Below, piece after piece: positions 27,434-40,455 of a stretch of DNA of 64,000 nt (position 1 is its first letter; each line of letters begins with the position of its first letter). A program made the translations under genes and the position numbers. This DNA is from an uncultured virus (IMG/VR IMGVR_UViG_3300020045_008339) (taxonomy: Duplodnaviria; Heunggongvirae; Uroviricota; Caudoviricetes). The stretch is from the IMG/VR virus record IMGVR_UViG_3300020045_008339. One strand, given 5' to 3'. Below the pieces are notes generated by a model that had not been told where the DNA came from, made no database searches, and was given only the letters and a program-made list of their open reading frames with translations.

Positions 27434-28592
27434 ATGAATTTAAGAAGCAAAAAAACTTGGGACACTATCCTAATCGTACTGGCTGTATTGTTATCTATTT
27501 TCCTTGTCTGTGTAACTGGCACAGGATGTGGCATAATACCGCAGAAAGACAAAAGCGGATGTGATGGCAATAAGAAAATGCTGTACCACCAAGGTTACAG
27601 CACCAAGAAAATGAAAGTTTAAAACCCCATTAAAAATAAAACTAAAAGACCAGGTTATGAATAATTTAATCAAAATGCTATCCGATGATGAAATATCTAA
27701 AATGGCAAACCTTATTGGATTTAAAAACAAAATACCAATAGAAAGTTATGATGTTTTTAGAAATGGGATAATACTAGGCCTGCAACACATAAGAGATAAA
27801 TTAACAAAAGATGAAGAGTGGTTTACTACTGTTCTTAATTACGCATTAGAAAATAGAAAGGTGCAACAAGCAGAACCAAAAAATCCCTACGATTCACAAC
27901 AAGTTTTAAATAACTGGATTGATGAATTTCCTAAATGGAAAAAAGACCAAACAATCAGCGAAGATGAACTGGCTGCCTTCCCAGAAAACATGAGCCTATA
28001 TATTATCATTGGTGAAATAGCCAACACCGATTTCCAAAATGGGCATATTTCAGAAGCAGTTATGGAAAATGTACACATGAGGCTATTCGATAAGGAAGGA
28101 GAGAAAAAAGCCTACCTCCAAGCATTACAGGACGTTACGGAAGAAGTTTATTACACAATTATATCAAAGGATGAATTTTATAAAATCTTCTATCCTGATG
28201 CCTTCAAGGCTTTGCCTAAAATTGGTATGGGCATTGACCCTGTTGAAAAAGGGGGAGTTTCTTTCTACCAAAAAATGGATAACATTATTTCAGTTACCCG
28301 TCCTTCAATAACAAAAGAAGATTTTGAAAAGGATGTGAAAAAAGCAACATCTTTTTTCACTGGTTCACAACTTATACCTGAAACATTTACCATCAAAGAC
28401 CTGAACGGAACTAACATAACCGTTACAGATATTCATGCTGCACTAAAACAAGCTACCAACTGTGTGGAACTGCACGAAGAAGCAAAACTGGCTCATGATG
28501 CAGGACACGATGTTATATACCACGCAGATGCACACAAGGAATGGAACCACATTTTAACCGAACTCAAAAAAATCAACAATGCCGCACAGTAA
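27434..28592 (+). CDS. Small TM/lipoprotein-like ORF (27434-27622) and a 311-aa hypothetical protein (27657-28592)
   Basis: Consecutive ORFs with A-rich starts. Confidence 0.5.
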
Positions 28593-28770
28593 AATACTAT
28601 TCGACCATTTGACCGCCACCGAATTTGCCAAAAAGAAAAACATATCAACCGTCACTGTTTACGAGGCTATAAAAAATGAAAGGATAGACGCTGTTTACGT
28701 TGGCAAATCAGAACGTGTTTTCATTGACCCGAAATTTCTCTCAGTGGTTTTCCGAAAAAAGTTTTTATGA
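28579..28770 (+). CDS. Excisionase-like HTH protein
   Basis: LTATEFAKKKNISTVTVYEAIKNERIDA. Confidence 0.7.
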   Translation: MPHSKILFDHLTATEFAKKKNISTVTVYEAIKNERIDAVYVGKSERVFIDPKFLSVVFRKKFL

Positions 28771-28840
28771 AAAAAATTTGTGTTGTAAGTTTATACTCTA
28801 TAACTTGCATCCAATTCCTCTAATAACTGATACCTCATAA

Positions 28841-30458
28841 ATGAATAATTCGCATAATATAAGCGGCTTGGGTTGTGAGCAAAAAAACAGAAAGGGGAGG
28901 GTATCTATCCTCCCCACTGTTTCATTTTTGTCCAGTCAAAACAAAAAAATAGAACTTCTTAAAAACCTACTGGACATTCAAAACCAAATAGCATGTTTAT
29001 GCCTATCCATAATAATCATAAAGAACAGGTGCAAGGAGGTTTATGGTTACAGTCCCAACGGGAACATCCTTTGCGATGCTGATTCAATAAAAGAGGTTAA
29101 TGAAAAAAGAAATGCCATTGCTCAACTGGAAACCATTTACCAAAAAAAACTTACTGCATACAATGAGCTACCATAATCTATACATGCACTATCTGGACTT
29201 GTACCAGAAACGCTACCTGCCAAGCCAAAATGATATAACATGGATGCACATATCGTTCTGGCGTAGGTATGCAATACTGTTCTCCAATATACTTATTTAT
29301 CAAAACCTAATGACTATGGAACAGCGTAAGCAGGATATGGCTTTTGTTGCCACGGAACACAATGGCATGGAAATAAATATCAGGCAGGTGCAGGAGGCTA
29401 TAAAACTTAAACCAGAATACATACTTTAAAGTTCACAGTATGAGCAATATTGATACCCAGATAAAAGCATTGGCTAAAGTTATAGCAAGTCGTAAAGCCA
29501 AGAACATCTTTGCCATCCAAAACAAGATTAAGAAACTACAGTTAGTAAAATCAAAACAGGCTTACAATGAGTTCCTCGGACGATAAAAAATATTGGTGGG
29601 AAGATGCTAATGCAACCTTCCATAAAAAAAAGAATAGCCATAGCAGTCACGGTCAAGCATTCGCCAAATGGTGCGAAAGTAAAGGCTATATCTATGATGG
29701 TGACAGGGACCTGCATTACTTTGAATACATAGAAGAAATGATGCGTTCAGCAGAATTTCAAATGAAGGGTGACAAGGAAAAACCGAAATACGAGTTCAAA
29801 GGATTTTACAGCCATCCACCAAATGGGGAATGGACTGGCTATAAGCGGTCAAGCATGAACCTTGCAGTTACCGATATAATAGAAAAGCTGAACTGGAAAC
29901 CCAGCTATGATGTTGACCATTTGAAATATTACTGGAACAAAGAAGAAAAGGTACTGCTTGTAGTTGCCCCCTGTTTTCACAGGGAGAAGTACAGTGAAGA
30001 ATGGATACTGGCAAACTTTCCACATGTTTGGAACAGCAATCAACCAATGGCTATTAGGTGCAGACTATTACTGCCATTCTTAATAATCAACGCTCATTTT
30101 CCTTACCCAACACAAGAATTAAATTATGTGGACTAAAAACGACAAAAGAAACCCAATCACTCAAGATATGGGTGAAGTGTTAGCCTTCCATCCGAACTGG
30201 ATAGATGAAGACTTTAACCCCGATGTCATCCGTGCAGGATACTTCAACGGGGATGATAAATTCTATTCTGCCAAGTGGTTCAACTACCATGATAATTGGG
30301 AAAGCTGCGACAAGGAAATGCCTACGCTTTACATGCTGTACCCAACAGTTGACCCTAACCAACGTGAACGAAGGAATGCTATCAGGAGTTTCATTGTTGT
30401 GATGATACTGGTTGCAGCATTCGCCATATACCGACACTACAAATTGTTTCATCCATAA
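28841..30458 (+). CDS. Cluster of hypothetical proteins (28841-29176, ~29163-29429, 29567-30136, 30126-30458)
   Basis: Tightly coupled ORFs on one strand. Confidence 0.45.
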
Positions 30459-30468
30459 AATAAACATC

Positions 30469-31260
30469 ATGATACTATCATTCAACAAGCAATTCAAAAC
30501 ACCAATTATCAAAACATTGGTAGATATGGTTAGAACGCACGAACTGATATGCGTTTGGATTAAAAACCATTTAAAAGAATCATGGAAAATACACACCATC
30601 CGTGACGATAAGCCAAACAGGTGGAAGGCTGGCAATATAATCCATTTTGTTACTGGCAACCGTACCCCACAGTATGACAATTTTGCCACAGACAAATGTT
30701 CTGGTATAGAAAAAATTGTTTTCAAACTGGTGGACAATATCCTGACCGTAAGGATTGGTTATTGCGAACTCGACAGGAAGCAAATAAATGTACTAGCAAG
30801 GCTTGATGGCTTCAATGACATTGAGGCTTTTGAACGCTGGTTTGTGCCATTGTGCTTTGAGAGTGAAAACCAGACCTACGAAGCCAAGATAATACACTGG
30901 ACAGAGTTTAGGTACACCAAGTGGATAACTGATACTATGAAGCCACCGATACCGCAATTTGCGAATTGCGAATTTAATAACATCAAAGCATTCAACACTT
31001 GGTTGAACACCCACACCTACAAGGTTATACGCCTCTATGATAACGGGCAAGACCTTTTATCCCTACACATCCATCAGTCTGGTGAAATACTGGAAGCTAG
31101 TGGGCAGCAGCGACCATGGACGGGCATGTTCGTTGACCTCAATAGGCTGGAAAATGGTAAGCCTATTTGGATGTACCAGATTTATGGGCCAAAGAAAGGT
31201 TGGACTGAAATGGACTTTATAGCCGAAACAATAGAAACCCCATTAAAAACCAAGAAATAA
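30469..31260 (+). CDS. ASCH/PUA-like domain fused to a second domain
   Basis: MILSFNKQF...KIHTIR...WKAG...LARLDGF...IIHW. Confidence 0.6.
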   Translation: MILSFNKQFKTPIIKTLVDMVRTHELICVWIKNHLKESWKIHTIRDDKPNRWKAGNIIHFVTGNRTPQYDNFATDKCSGIEKIVFKLVDNILTVRIGYCELDRKQINVLARLDGFNDIEAFERWFVPLCFESENQTYEAKIIHWTEFRYTKWITDTMKPPIPQFANCEFNNIKAFNTWLNTHTYKVIRLYDNGQDLLSLHIHQSGEILEASGQQRPWTGMFVDLNRLENGKPIWMYQIYGPKKGWTEMDFIAETIETPLKTKK

Positions 31261-31261
31261 A

Positions 31262-32820
31262 ATGGTAAACAAACTACAGTTAGCAGAGGCACAATTCATT
31301 GGCTTCGTTCATGGCAAACATGGTTACGGAGTTCTTGACCTTGTTATATCAATGGGACTTACAAGAACAGAATGGAGCAGCTTGCGTAACCAGCTAACCA
31401 TGAACGCAAGTGATGTAACAGAGATTGACAACTATTTTTCAAAGAAAAAATAATTAACAGTGAACCCACACACAACAAAAAAAGATTACACCCTGTATGT
31501 TTTTCGCATAAAGTTAGTACACAAACCAACCAGAAGAAACAGCGAAAATATCAAGATTGTCATTGAGCAGGAAGAAGAATACCGTAGCATTACTTTCTAT
31601 ATGGGTCTTGGCATTATGGCACAAATGAACGGATGCAGAATGGTTGGCATGAAACTTAATAAAGCTGTTCCCTTATTCAGCAAGGAAGCATGGAATGTAA
31701 TTGGTCTTGCAAAAACTGGATACCACCAACGCACTCTTTGCCTTATGGTAAAATCAGCCAGAAAAGGTAAACTTAGGATTGACAAATTAGGCATGTCCAT
31801 TTATCCAGAAATGCCAATGCCATTCAAGCCACGCAAAGGTGATGAAATACAAAAACTGTATGAACAAGCATTGAAACTGGACAACCAAAAGAAAATTACC
31901 CTCTCAAGAAACCTGAAAGACTACTGGCAATGGCTACAAATACAGTTAATGCCAAAAGGTTTTAGAAGGCTTAAAAAGGGGGCAATTGTTGCAAAAGGTG
32001 ATTATTATTGGCAACTTGACAATGGCGGCACTCCACACTGGACTACCTGTGACGTTTCTTTCTCCCCCGTAAAAATTGGCTCTAAAAATTATCTGGATTC
32101 ATATTGTGTAATAAGAAAAATAAAATAACCATCATGGCTAAGATTGGCACAGTTGCTTTTATTGCTGGTAGCGTTAAGATTGATTTCAATATTTTCTACT
32201 CAAAAACAGAAGGGTTCTACGCTACTGTACCGAAAGAGATACTTGAGTTCTCTAAAAACACAACCAAGATTACTGCTACTTCATATCAGGATGCAGAGGC
32301 TAAAATGGTTGCATTCATCAATACACAGCTTGGAGCAGAACTAAAACAGGAAAAGGTAATCATATACTACCTTGCTTATGCCTACCCTTCAAACAAGCAT
32401 AGGACACACATGGTTTCAGTTGCATCCAGAGGCACAAGTATTGATTTCTTCTCTGTTGGTGAAACAAGAAAAATAATGCACCAATTACAGCTTCAACACA
32501 AGGTTAAATACATAGTTGAGTTCATGGGCAAAAAATATGTAACAGTAAACGAGATTGCTTCCCCATCTGCATTAAGAGGTGCTTCAAGATGGAAGTGGAG
32601 CGAAAGGGGTGGATACTCAACAGACGAGTACATGCATTGGGACTATATCCCATATACTGAACAAGCAGAGGATTTCTTTAAAACAGTAGAAGCATCCCTA
32701 ACTGGACTTGTTGAAAAAGTGGCAGATTTCTTTGGGGACAAACCAGAAAACCTACTTGAAAACATTGAAAAATCCGATAACAAATTATTGATATACGAAC
32801 AACCTAAAGAAACTAACTAA
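31262..32820 (+). CDS. Three hypothetical proteins (31262-31453, 31460-32128, ~32134-32820)
   Basis: Coupled ORFs. Confidence 0.5.
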
Positions 32821-34274
32821 TGGCTAAGAAAGATTCAGGCATAACAGGTACAGACCAATTTTGTGGGGCTGGCGGCTCTTCTTCTGGTGCAGAAAAGGCA
32901 GGTGTAAAAATTACACAGGCTATGAACCATTGGAAGCTGGCTACAGAAACACACAACGCTAACTTCCCAGATGCAGACCACGATTGCACAGATATACAGG
33001 CATGTGACCCAAGGAGGTACAGACCAACAAACATCCTTATTACTTCCCCTGAATGCACCAACCACACACTACTTAAAGGACAGAAGGCAGTAAAGAGCCA
33101 GATGGACTTGTTTGCCAGTGGTAAAATGGATGCCAAAGCTGAACGCAGTAGGGCTACCATGTGGGACGTTCCAAGATTTGCAGAGGTTCACAATTACGAA
33201 CTGATATTTGTTGAGAACGTGGTGGAAGCAAAGAAGTGGGTAATGTTTGAGGCATGGCTCATGGCTATGCACCTACTCGGTTACAAACATGAGTGCGTTT
33301 ATTTCAATTCACAGTTTGCCTATCCTACGCCACAGAGCCGTGACAGATTGTACATTGTTTTCTGGAAGAAAGGAAACAAAAAACCAAACCTGAACTTCAC
33401 ACCGAAGGCTTTTTGCCACTATTGCGGCAAGGACGTGGACAGTGTGCAGACTTGGAAGGATGGCAGCAAACCCTATGGAAAATACAAGAAACAGTATGTT
33501 TACTGCTGCCCAGTTTGCACGAAAATTGTTCGTCCATACTACTACGCTGCCTTTAACTGTATTGACTGGAGTATTCCCGGCAGGAGGATTGGTGACATGA
33601 ACATTGCCGAAAATTCAATGAAACGCATCCAGTACGGGTATGATAGGTACGGTAACAAACCTTTCATAACCATAAACAAATACAGTAGCGGAATGGATTG
33701 CAGGGTAAAGAACATGGAAGATTCACTTCCTACATTAGTAGGCTCTCCACCAAACCCGTTTATCATTAACCCGTTCATGTTCACTACAGAGCATACTAAA
33801 GCTGGTAACGCATCCTATGTTTGGGATTCTGTATCAACATTAAGGACACAGACCACAACGCAAAGTGTTGGGGCTGTAATGCCGCCAAACAATCCATTCA
33901 TTGGAACTATTGATACCAGCTTGACACCAGACCAAATGGCTATTAACAAGGCTGGTATCATTTCAGGTGAACGGTTGAATAGCTTCTTTTCATATTACTA
34001 TGGTGGCAGCAACCAAGCAAGCCACATAACGGATGCAGTTTGTACACTACCATGCAAGGGGACCGCAGCACTTGTCAACCAGAGCGAAGGAGCAAAATTG
34101 GAAGATTGCACCTACCGTATGCTAAAGGCTCATGAAGTAAAGCTGGGGATGGCTTTTGACCCTGATTACATCATTCTCGGTAACATAGAGGAACAGATTA
34201 AACAATGTGGCAACGCTGTAACCCCACCAGTAATGGAAATGCTAGTTGAAAGGGGATTGGAAACTTTAAAATAA
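32820..34274 (+). CDS. dcm: DNA cytosine-5 methyltransferase
   Basis: FCGAGG, SPEC, ENV, QSRDR, GNAVTP; CHYC...CPVC insertion. Confidence 0.92.
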   Translation: MAKKDSGITGTDQFCGAGGSSSGAEKAGVKITQAMNHWKLATETHNANFPDADHDCTDIQACDPRRYRPTNILITSPECTNHTLLKGQKAVKSQMDLFASGKMDAKAERSRATMWDVPRFAEVHNYELIFVENVVEAKKWVMFEAWLMAMHLLGYKHECVYFNSQFAYPTPQSRDRLYIVFWKKGNKKPNLNFTPKAFCHYCGKDVDSVQTWKDGSKPYGKYKKQYVYCCPVCTKIVRPYYYAAFNCIDWSIPGRRIGDMNIAENSMKRIQYGYDRYGNKPFITINKYSSGMDCRVKNMEDSLPTLVGSPPNPFIINPFMFTTEHTKAGNASYVWDSVSTLRTQTTTQSVGAVMPPNNPFIGTIDTSLTPDQMAINKAGIISGERLNSFFSYYYGGSNQASHITDAVCTLPCKGTAALVNQSEGAKLEDCTYRMLKAHEVKLGMAFDPDYIILGNIEEQIKQCGNAVTPPVMEMLVERGLETLK

Positions 34275-34283
34275 TTATCAACC

Positions 34284-37200
34284 ATGGGATACAAAAGACA
34301 AAAGAAAATGCCAGACAGAGAGTGGATAGATATATCCATCCACCTTAAAGTTGATGGCAAACTTGCCCGTAAGCAAAAGAAAAGATATTACGCCAGAGGT
34401 CGGGAAACATCTGCCCATACACTGGATGATTTTGCAAGGCTTATCGTAATGTACGAACACATATTTGATGGTGGCACTACCTATGCTTGGGATGGACTAA
34501 TGCAAAGAATGGAAAAAATCCTTCCAAAACGTGACAAGGAAACGGCTGATAGTGTTTTTGAAAAATACTGGCTTAACATCAACAAGACCATTGATGAAGA
34601 TTTCCACAAACTTAATGCTGGGGACGGTAGCAAGGGCAAGTACAGCCTATTCCCAGAACAAGGGGATTACCTGAAATACGAGTTGTCCGGTGCTATAGCC
34701 AGTTTCAGCAAAAGGGCTTTGCCTGTTAAATACGGGCTACTACACTACATTTTCAAATACTGTGAAAACTGTTCGATTGACGAACTGCAAGCCGACCTGA
34801 ACAACATTCCTGATAGAATCAAGGAAATTGTTGATGAACTTATTAGCGAACACAATAAAAGACAAAAAAGCATCAATGAGCAAGCCAAGAAAGTTTAATC
34901 CGTGCAGCACCCACAACATACAACAAGAGGTTAGGTTCTTTATTGATATGGACATGGAATGTGTTACCGTTTTCAATGACAAAAAGCTAGGGTGCTGCCT
35001 TGATGAAAGCCTTCGGTACACTACCACCCAGAAAGCAAAACGGAGATTCAATACTTGGATGAAAAATAAATCAATCAAAAGGAGATTAAAGCCATGAAAC
35101 TAAAAGTAACAGTAGGAGAAGCCAATTGGGTAAGAATTGGACAAGTTGAGGTTGACGATGCAGAAAGTGTAAAAATCGAAGGGTGGGAAGATATTAAGCT
35201 ATTAGTCCACGAAACCGTTAGGGACTTAGGGGACATTGTAGATGATTTCCTTATTGGCAGAAAAGCCCCAGAGAAAACATACTGCATCACAGAATACACT
35301 ACCGGACTTACACTTATCCGCAAATCTGATTCCCCAGAAGAGGCTATCAGCGAAGCTACATACCTACTTAACAAGCATGGCAAGGCACGAGTAAAGGAAA
35401 TACTCCATAACTGCTTGACCAGGTTGAAGGCTTGGGATGTTACTTGGAAACAAAATCCTCAACAATAAAGCCTACACAATGATTATAAAAATTAAACAGC
35501 TAAAGGAGTGGTTATTCCAGAAAAAATGCTGGTGGCTATTATTAGCATTTCTTTTAAAGAACATGGTGAAGCAGTTTTGCCTAAGTATTTGGTTTGCTGC
35601 AATTGATGGAATCCCAAGCATACCCTCCATGTACCATTGGAAAGAATCTGTTGATGCTTGGTACTGGATTAAAATACACTTTACTTACAAATCAAAACGT
35701 ATAAAATGAGCAGCAACAATAAAGAAAAGGTTGTAGTAACAAAAAAGGATTTGATTATCCTTCCACCTGCACCAGACAAATGCCAAGTTTGTGCAGTGGC
35801 TCACGACCCAAGACAGCCACACAATCAGCAGTCTTTCTATTATCAAATGGCATTTGCTCAAACATCACCTGATGGAAAGGGACCAACATGGGAAGATGCT
35901 ATGGCTCATTGTACCGATGATGTGAAAAAGGGTTGGATAGCTGGACTGAAAAAGCATGGAGTTGAAGTGAAGTTTATTCCTGCTAGTGCAACCTGTGAAC
36001 ACGATTATGTTCCAGTTGGTGAATACGACCAGAACGGAAATTTCATCTGTGCCAAATGTTCACATAAAATATAAATTCAGCTACAGCAATGACCACAGAA
36101 GAACAACACGAATGCTATGCCTCCATACTGGTTATGCTGCCCATGTTACTTGAAGGGCTGGACACATTGGAGGATACAAGTGCTTATCATGGTGACATTA
36201 AGAACAATGCAAAAAAGCTAATGAAGAGCCTTAAAAAATATGATGATGATTTCTACGACATGCTTAAAATAGAACCTGTTAATGTGCCTATTGCTATGGA
36301 AGGTAAACGCAGGGTTATTAAAGCTATAATGAAATTAAAGTCTAGCGAACTCATTGAAATTGGTGGACACAAACCTTATTGTTATACACTTAGTCAATAT
36401 TAAATTATTATGGAAAAAGTATTTATACCTGTTTTGGCTAGTAAAGAGCCACCGCCAGATGGACTTTGGAGGAATTGCCTAATGAACGGTGAACCTATGC
36501 TACTTCATTACAATAGTAACCTCAACGTTTTTTATTCCAGTTCAGACAAAAGCATTTTCTACAAAGCAGAAGATGTTGAATGGTTAAAGCTGGCTGAAAA
36601 TAAAACTATTCAATACAAAGTAATTTATCATTCAGAGTTATTAGAAGGTTCATTTGAAAGTGTTTTAAACCCTCTTGGTAGTGAAGGATGTAAAATTATT
36701 AGTATTGATGCTTACACCCGTATATCATCAACAACTGATAGAGAGCCATATCAGGCTTACAGAATTTTTATGCAAAGGGAAAAATATTTATAATGACCAA
36801 GCAAAGAAAAAAATAAACCATGATAACGTTTGGTAGTAACATAATCTTAGTAGGGGAGGATGAAAAAGATATGTACAGAACATTGCCTATTGACCAAATA
36901 AATAATGCATCAAACATCCTCCATCTTGACCTTGAAGGCGATGTTGTTTCTGTATTTAAAGCCAAAAGGGGAATGTCGGCAATTGGGCATATTGCTCCTC
37001 CTAGAACCTTTATGGACGATATTAGGGACTACAATTCAAAGATTAACGAATTTTTGAGAGGTACTGATTTCTCTGCTCATTATGAAAGTCACGAAATGGA
37101 CCATAACAGTCGAACAAGTAAAGGTTTTTCTGGGCTTAGTATTGTGAAAAACAATGAACAGGTTGCAAGAATAAGAGTAGATGGACCAAACGAAAAAGCA

Positions 37201-37287
37201 AGGAGTGAAAAAATGACCTGTGCAATTTTCCTTGCTGGCATAAAATTTTTTGCAGAAAAAGGTGGACAGGAAAACATGGACGTTTAA
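34284..37287 (+). CDS. Run of small hypothetical proteins (34284-34898, ~34876-35097, 35094-35468, ~35479-35709, 35706-36074, 36089-36403, 36410-36793, 36820-37287)
   Basis: Same-strand, translationally coupled ORFs typical of a phage accessory region. Confidence 0.5.
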
Positions 37288-37316
37288 CATTTTTTATAAA
37301 CACAAAAATCAAAACA

Positions 37317-37736
37317 ATGAAAAGTAGAATGAACCTAATGGTAGTGTGCCTACTAACAATGATGCTCACAGGATGTGGGGCATGTCGCTCGTATGAACGT
37401 GACCAGTCTTATCAGGATGCACAGAACGACGGTAAGTCAGAACTTATCAAAGCAGAAAGCAGCAAGAAAATTCTGGTTGAAACAGCAAAGGCAAATTTGG
37501 AAGCTGCAAGGCTCAATGCACAGGCAGACCAAGTAAGGGCAGAAGGTATTGCAGCATCAAACAAAATTATTGGCCAATCATTGCAGAACAACAAGGCTTA
37601 CCTTGAATGGCTGTGGATTGACAATATAGAGAAAAATCCAAACGCTGTGTTCTACATACCTACAGAAAACAAGGTTCCAATTTTTATGAACAACGTGAAG
37701 CAACCCGTGATACCAGAAGAAAAGAAAAAAGAGTAA
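37317..37736 (+). CDS. Membrane-anchored stomatin/prohibitin-tail-like lipoprotein
   Basis: LTGC lipobox, Ala-rich coiled coil, IGQSL..N.AYL.W...YIPTE. Confidence 0.65.
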   Translation: MKSRMNLMVVCLLTMMLTGCGACRSYERDQSYQDAQNDGKSELIKAESSKKILVETAKANLEAARLNAQADQVRAEGIAASNKIIGQSLQNNKAYLEWLWIDNIEKNPNAVFYIPTENKVPIFMNNVKQPVIPEEKKKE

Positions 37737-37758
37737 TGCCCCCTTTGTGATTTGCAAC

Positions 37759-37787
37759 AAAAAGCCTCCTTTTTGGAGGCTTTTTTT
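37759..37787. terminator. Bidirectional terminator between convergent operons
   Basis: AAAAAGCCTCC-TTTTT-GGAGGCTTTTTTT. Confidence 0.85.
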
Positions 37788-38238
37788 ATTTCTTCTTTTC
37801 CCTGAAATTACGCAGGTCTTTTATAATGTTCCGCATCAAATAGGTATGCAGGTACGCTTCCGCTTCATACTCCCTATCCCGGTTGAGAACATCAGGAAGA
37901 AAGAACTGGCAAACATGCACAATCTCATGTGCAAGTTTAATAAACGATTCGTCGCTGAAATCAAATTTGTCCCTTATATGCACATGGAACAAAGTAACCT
38001 CTTCACCTGTCTGGTCGTGCTTGATAACGTGCCTCACTGCCCAGCCCCATGCTTTGCCATTGAACAAGGAAGTGTTTATTTCAGCCGCCATCCCAGCTAT
38101 CCACTGCTTCGCTTTTTTCCTTTTCAGGTGCATATTCAATTCGTCCTGCGTAAAGCCACAACTGAACATTAAATGTGCAGGGAAAATACCCATGTCGTAC
38201 CAGCACAGAATTTTGTCGCTCAAGTCTTTCTTATTCAT
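37786..38238 (-). CDS. Zincin-like metallopeptidase
   Basis: AHEIVH...EAEAY. Confidence 0.65.
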   Translation of the reverse strand: MNKKDLSDKILCWYDMGIFPAHLMFSCGFTQDELNMHLKRKKAKQWIAGMAAEINTSLFNGKAWGWAVRHVIKHDQTGEEVTLFHVHIRDKFDFSDESFIKLAHEIVHVCQFFLPDVLNRDREYEAEAYLHTYLMRNIIKDLRNFREKKK

Positions 38239-38247
38239 AGTTGTTTT

Positions 38248-40455
38248 TTAAAAGTCCAGTAATTTATCCAGCAAACCTTCCATCATGTCATTATCGTACA
38301 TACCACGCTCCTTACGCCTGTTTTCCTTAATGATGGCCAATGCTTCCACAGCTACACGCCAGTAACCAAATGCTACTACCAAGTCATATATTTTTGTCTT
38401 GAGTGGGTCAAAGTCCATAAGCTGCTGCAAGAGCCTGATTGACTTTATCTCCAACAGGTTATCAATTTCCCCTTCCAGTTGAGTTTTCCTAATATACCTA
38501 CTGATGGCACGGCAATACTCGTTAATCATGTCCTCCGTGGTGTTTATCAGTATTTTTTCGTCACCTTCCCTGTATGGCCTGATACCGCCATTCTTCCTGT
38601 CCATCACCAAAAGGAAGTTCTGCAGCCCATCTTTCTTCAACCTGGTCACCACCCATCCCTTGTTTGCTTCCACAAGAACGTACATGCCAAAGAACAGAAT
38701 AGCCTTTACAAGTTCCTCATAAAATTCGTCAGGATCATCTGGACGGTCGAAGTATTCCGCAATAACCATATTGCTGCAATGGTAGCCGTGCCTTGTGTCC
38801 CGAAGCACATCGTTGACGCATCCTATCACAATGGCGTTTTTAGAGCCTTCCTGCACATCTTTCGCCTCTTTGTAGTCCGTAGGGTCAACCGCACCGCAAA
38901 AGATGGTGTTTTCGTCTGGTAGGTACTGATTCTTGAAGTTTTGGGCTATCCTGAATGGAACGTTTACCTCTTCTGCTGTAACCTTGTGGTAAAACCTCCA
39001 ACGGCCACTCATTCCTATAGAAAGCTGTTCAGGAGTGACGGCAGTAAGCATCAATGGGGAAACCATCCTACCATTGGACCAGTCAAGGAAATAATCGTAG
39101 TGGTAAACTGCACCCTGCTTTTCATTGTCGCTCAAGTCGCTCTCATGTTGGCCAATCCTGATATTGTCAAAGGTTGAACCGCTACCACCACTTTCCCAGC
39201 ACTCTTTCTCTGTTTCTGGATACTGGCGTTTGAGTTTCTGAACCTCACGGCGATTGCCCTCTTTCTGTTTACGCCTTGCTTCATTATCGGATTTGGCCTT
39301 GTAGCGGTCTGCCTTACCGAAAATATCAAATGAACCTTCCGATGCTACCAGTACGGAGATAAAATGCCTGTAAAGTCCTGATGCTGTTTGCCCTAGTTCA
39401 TTGAGCGTAAGCATACTTGACTGATTCCAGATGTTCCTAGCTTCAAAGAAGCCCTTGCTATCATCTTCGGGAGGATATGAAGTAATCCATTGCTTACCGA
39501 TAATCTGGTGCTGCAACTTGGTTGCTTCCTGTGACTTGTCAAATACTGCCTGTGGATAAGGGTTCTTGTACTTTGGAAATTCATCTAACCAGTCCTCTTC
39601 CATCTTTGGACCATCAAAGCCATCTTCTACTGTAGGTACAGCTTCCACATAGGTTTGTAACCCTGTATTGTCATTTTTGCTTAAAGCCTGTTTCCTTGAA
39701 CCTGTAAGGCTGCTTTTCTTTGGTTTGCCAAACACAACCTTGCTAAGGCTCATGCTCTTAATCAATGGCTGCATGATGGACGGCATACGCTCCAACGCAA
39801 ACTGGAAGAGCATCATGTTCGTATCCTTCACATCGTCATGGCTTTTTGACATCATGCCATAACGCTTCTGCTTCTTCATGGTGGACTGGTTCAGGAAACA
39901 CAGTGCCTTGAATTGGGTAACACCCGTTTTCTTTGCCTTCGCTATGAAACCACCCCCACAGTTGGGGTCTTTCCTGCATAAATCAATAAAGTAGGCCAAG
40001 TCACGCTGGAACTCACGGTACATACCATAGTTTCCTCCGTAGTCTGGGTGCTGTTCCCCTGTATCAGCCCTGATGAAGTGATTGGTGAAGCCGTGCATCT
40101 GGCCCCATTGCAGCACAAAATAATGGTCGCCCGTTAAATAGGTCGGTTCACCAAAGTTCATGAACCACACGCCGTCCCTACGCCTCTCCATTTCCCTTTT
40201 CAGCAACCGTTGCAGTTCCTTCGTATCATCATGGCTCAAAGAGATAAGTACACCATCCGTATCATAGATAGTGGCATCTGCACCCTCTTTCGTTACACCC
40301 TTGATGAAATCAAAAAATATTTGGGGGTAATCCTTCTGCCTACGCCAAAACTGCTTTTCCTTCTTCTCCTTGGAAAAGAAAATCTCTTTCTTGTCGGGAA
40401 CGGTAGGAAGAGTGTAAACATGTTCGGCTGAAAGTCTTACTTGCAGTTGTTCCAT
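38248..40455 (-). CDS. terL: Terminase large subunit
   Basis: PTYLTGDHYF, KAKKTGVT Walker A-like motif, WLDE Walker B, GAVDP and LVEAN RNase H-like motifs. Confidence 0.88.
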   Translation of the reverse strand: MEQLQVRLSAEHVYTLPTVPDKKEIFFSKEKKEKQFWRRQKDYPQIFFDFIKGVTKEGADATIYDTDGVLISLSHDDTKELQRLLKREMERRRDGVWFMNFGEPTYLTGDHYFVLQWGQMHGFTNHFIRADTGEQHPDYGGNYGMYREFQRDLAYFIDLCRKDPNCGGGFIAKAKKTGVTQFKALCFLNQSTMKKQKRYGMMSKSHDDVKDTNMMLFQFALERMPSIMQPLIKSMSLSKVVFGKPKKSSLTGSRKQALSKNDNTGLQTYVEAVPTVEDGFDGPKMEEDWLDEFPKYKNPYPQAVFDKSQEATKLQHQIIGKQWITSYPPEDDSKGFFEARNIWNQSSMLTLNELGQTASGLYRHFISVLVASEGSFDIFGKADRYKAKSDNEARRKQKEGNRREVQKLKRQYPETEKECWESGGSGSTFDNIRIGQHESDLSDNEKQGAVYHYDYFLDWSNGRMVSPLMLTAVTPEQLSIGMSGRWRFYHKVTAEEVNVPFRIAQNFKNQYLPDENTIFCGAVDPTDYKEAKDVQEGSKNAIVIGCVNDVLRDTRHGYHCSNMVIAEYFDRPDDPDEFYEELVKAILFFGMYVLVEANKGWVVTRLKKDGLQNFLLVMDRKNGGIRPYREGDEKILINTTEDMINEYCRAISRYIRKTQLEGEIDNLLEIKSIRLLQQLMDFDPLKTKIYDLVVAFGYWRVAVEALAIIKENRRKERGMYDNDMMEGLLDKLLDF

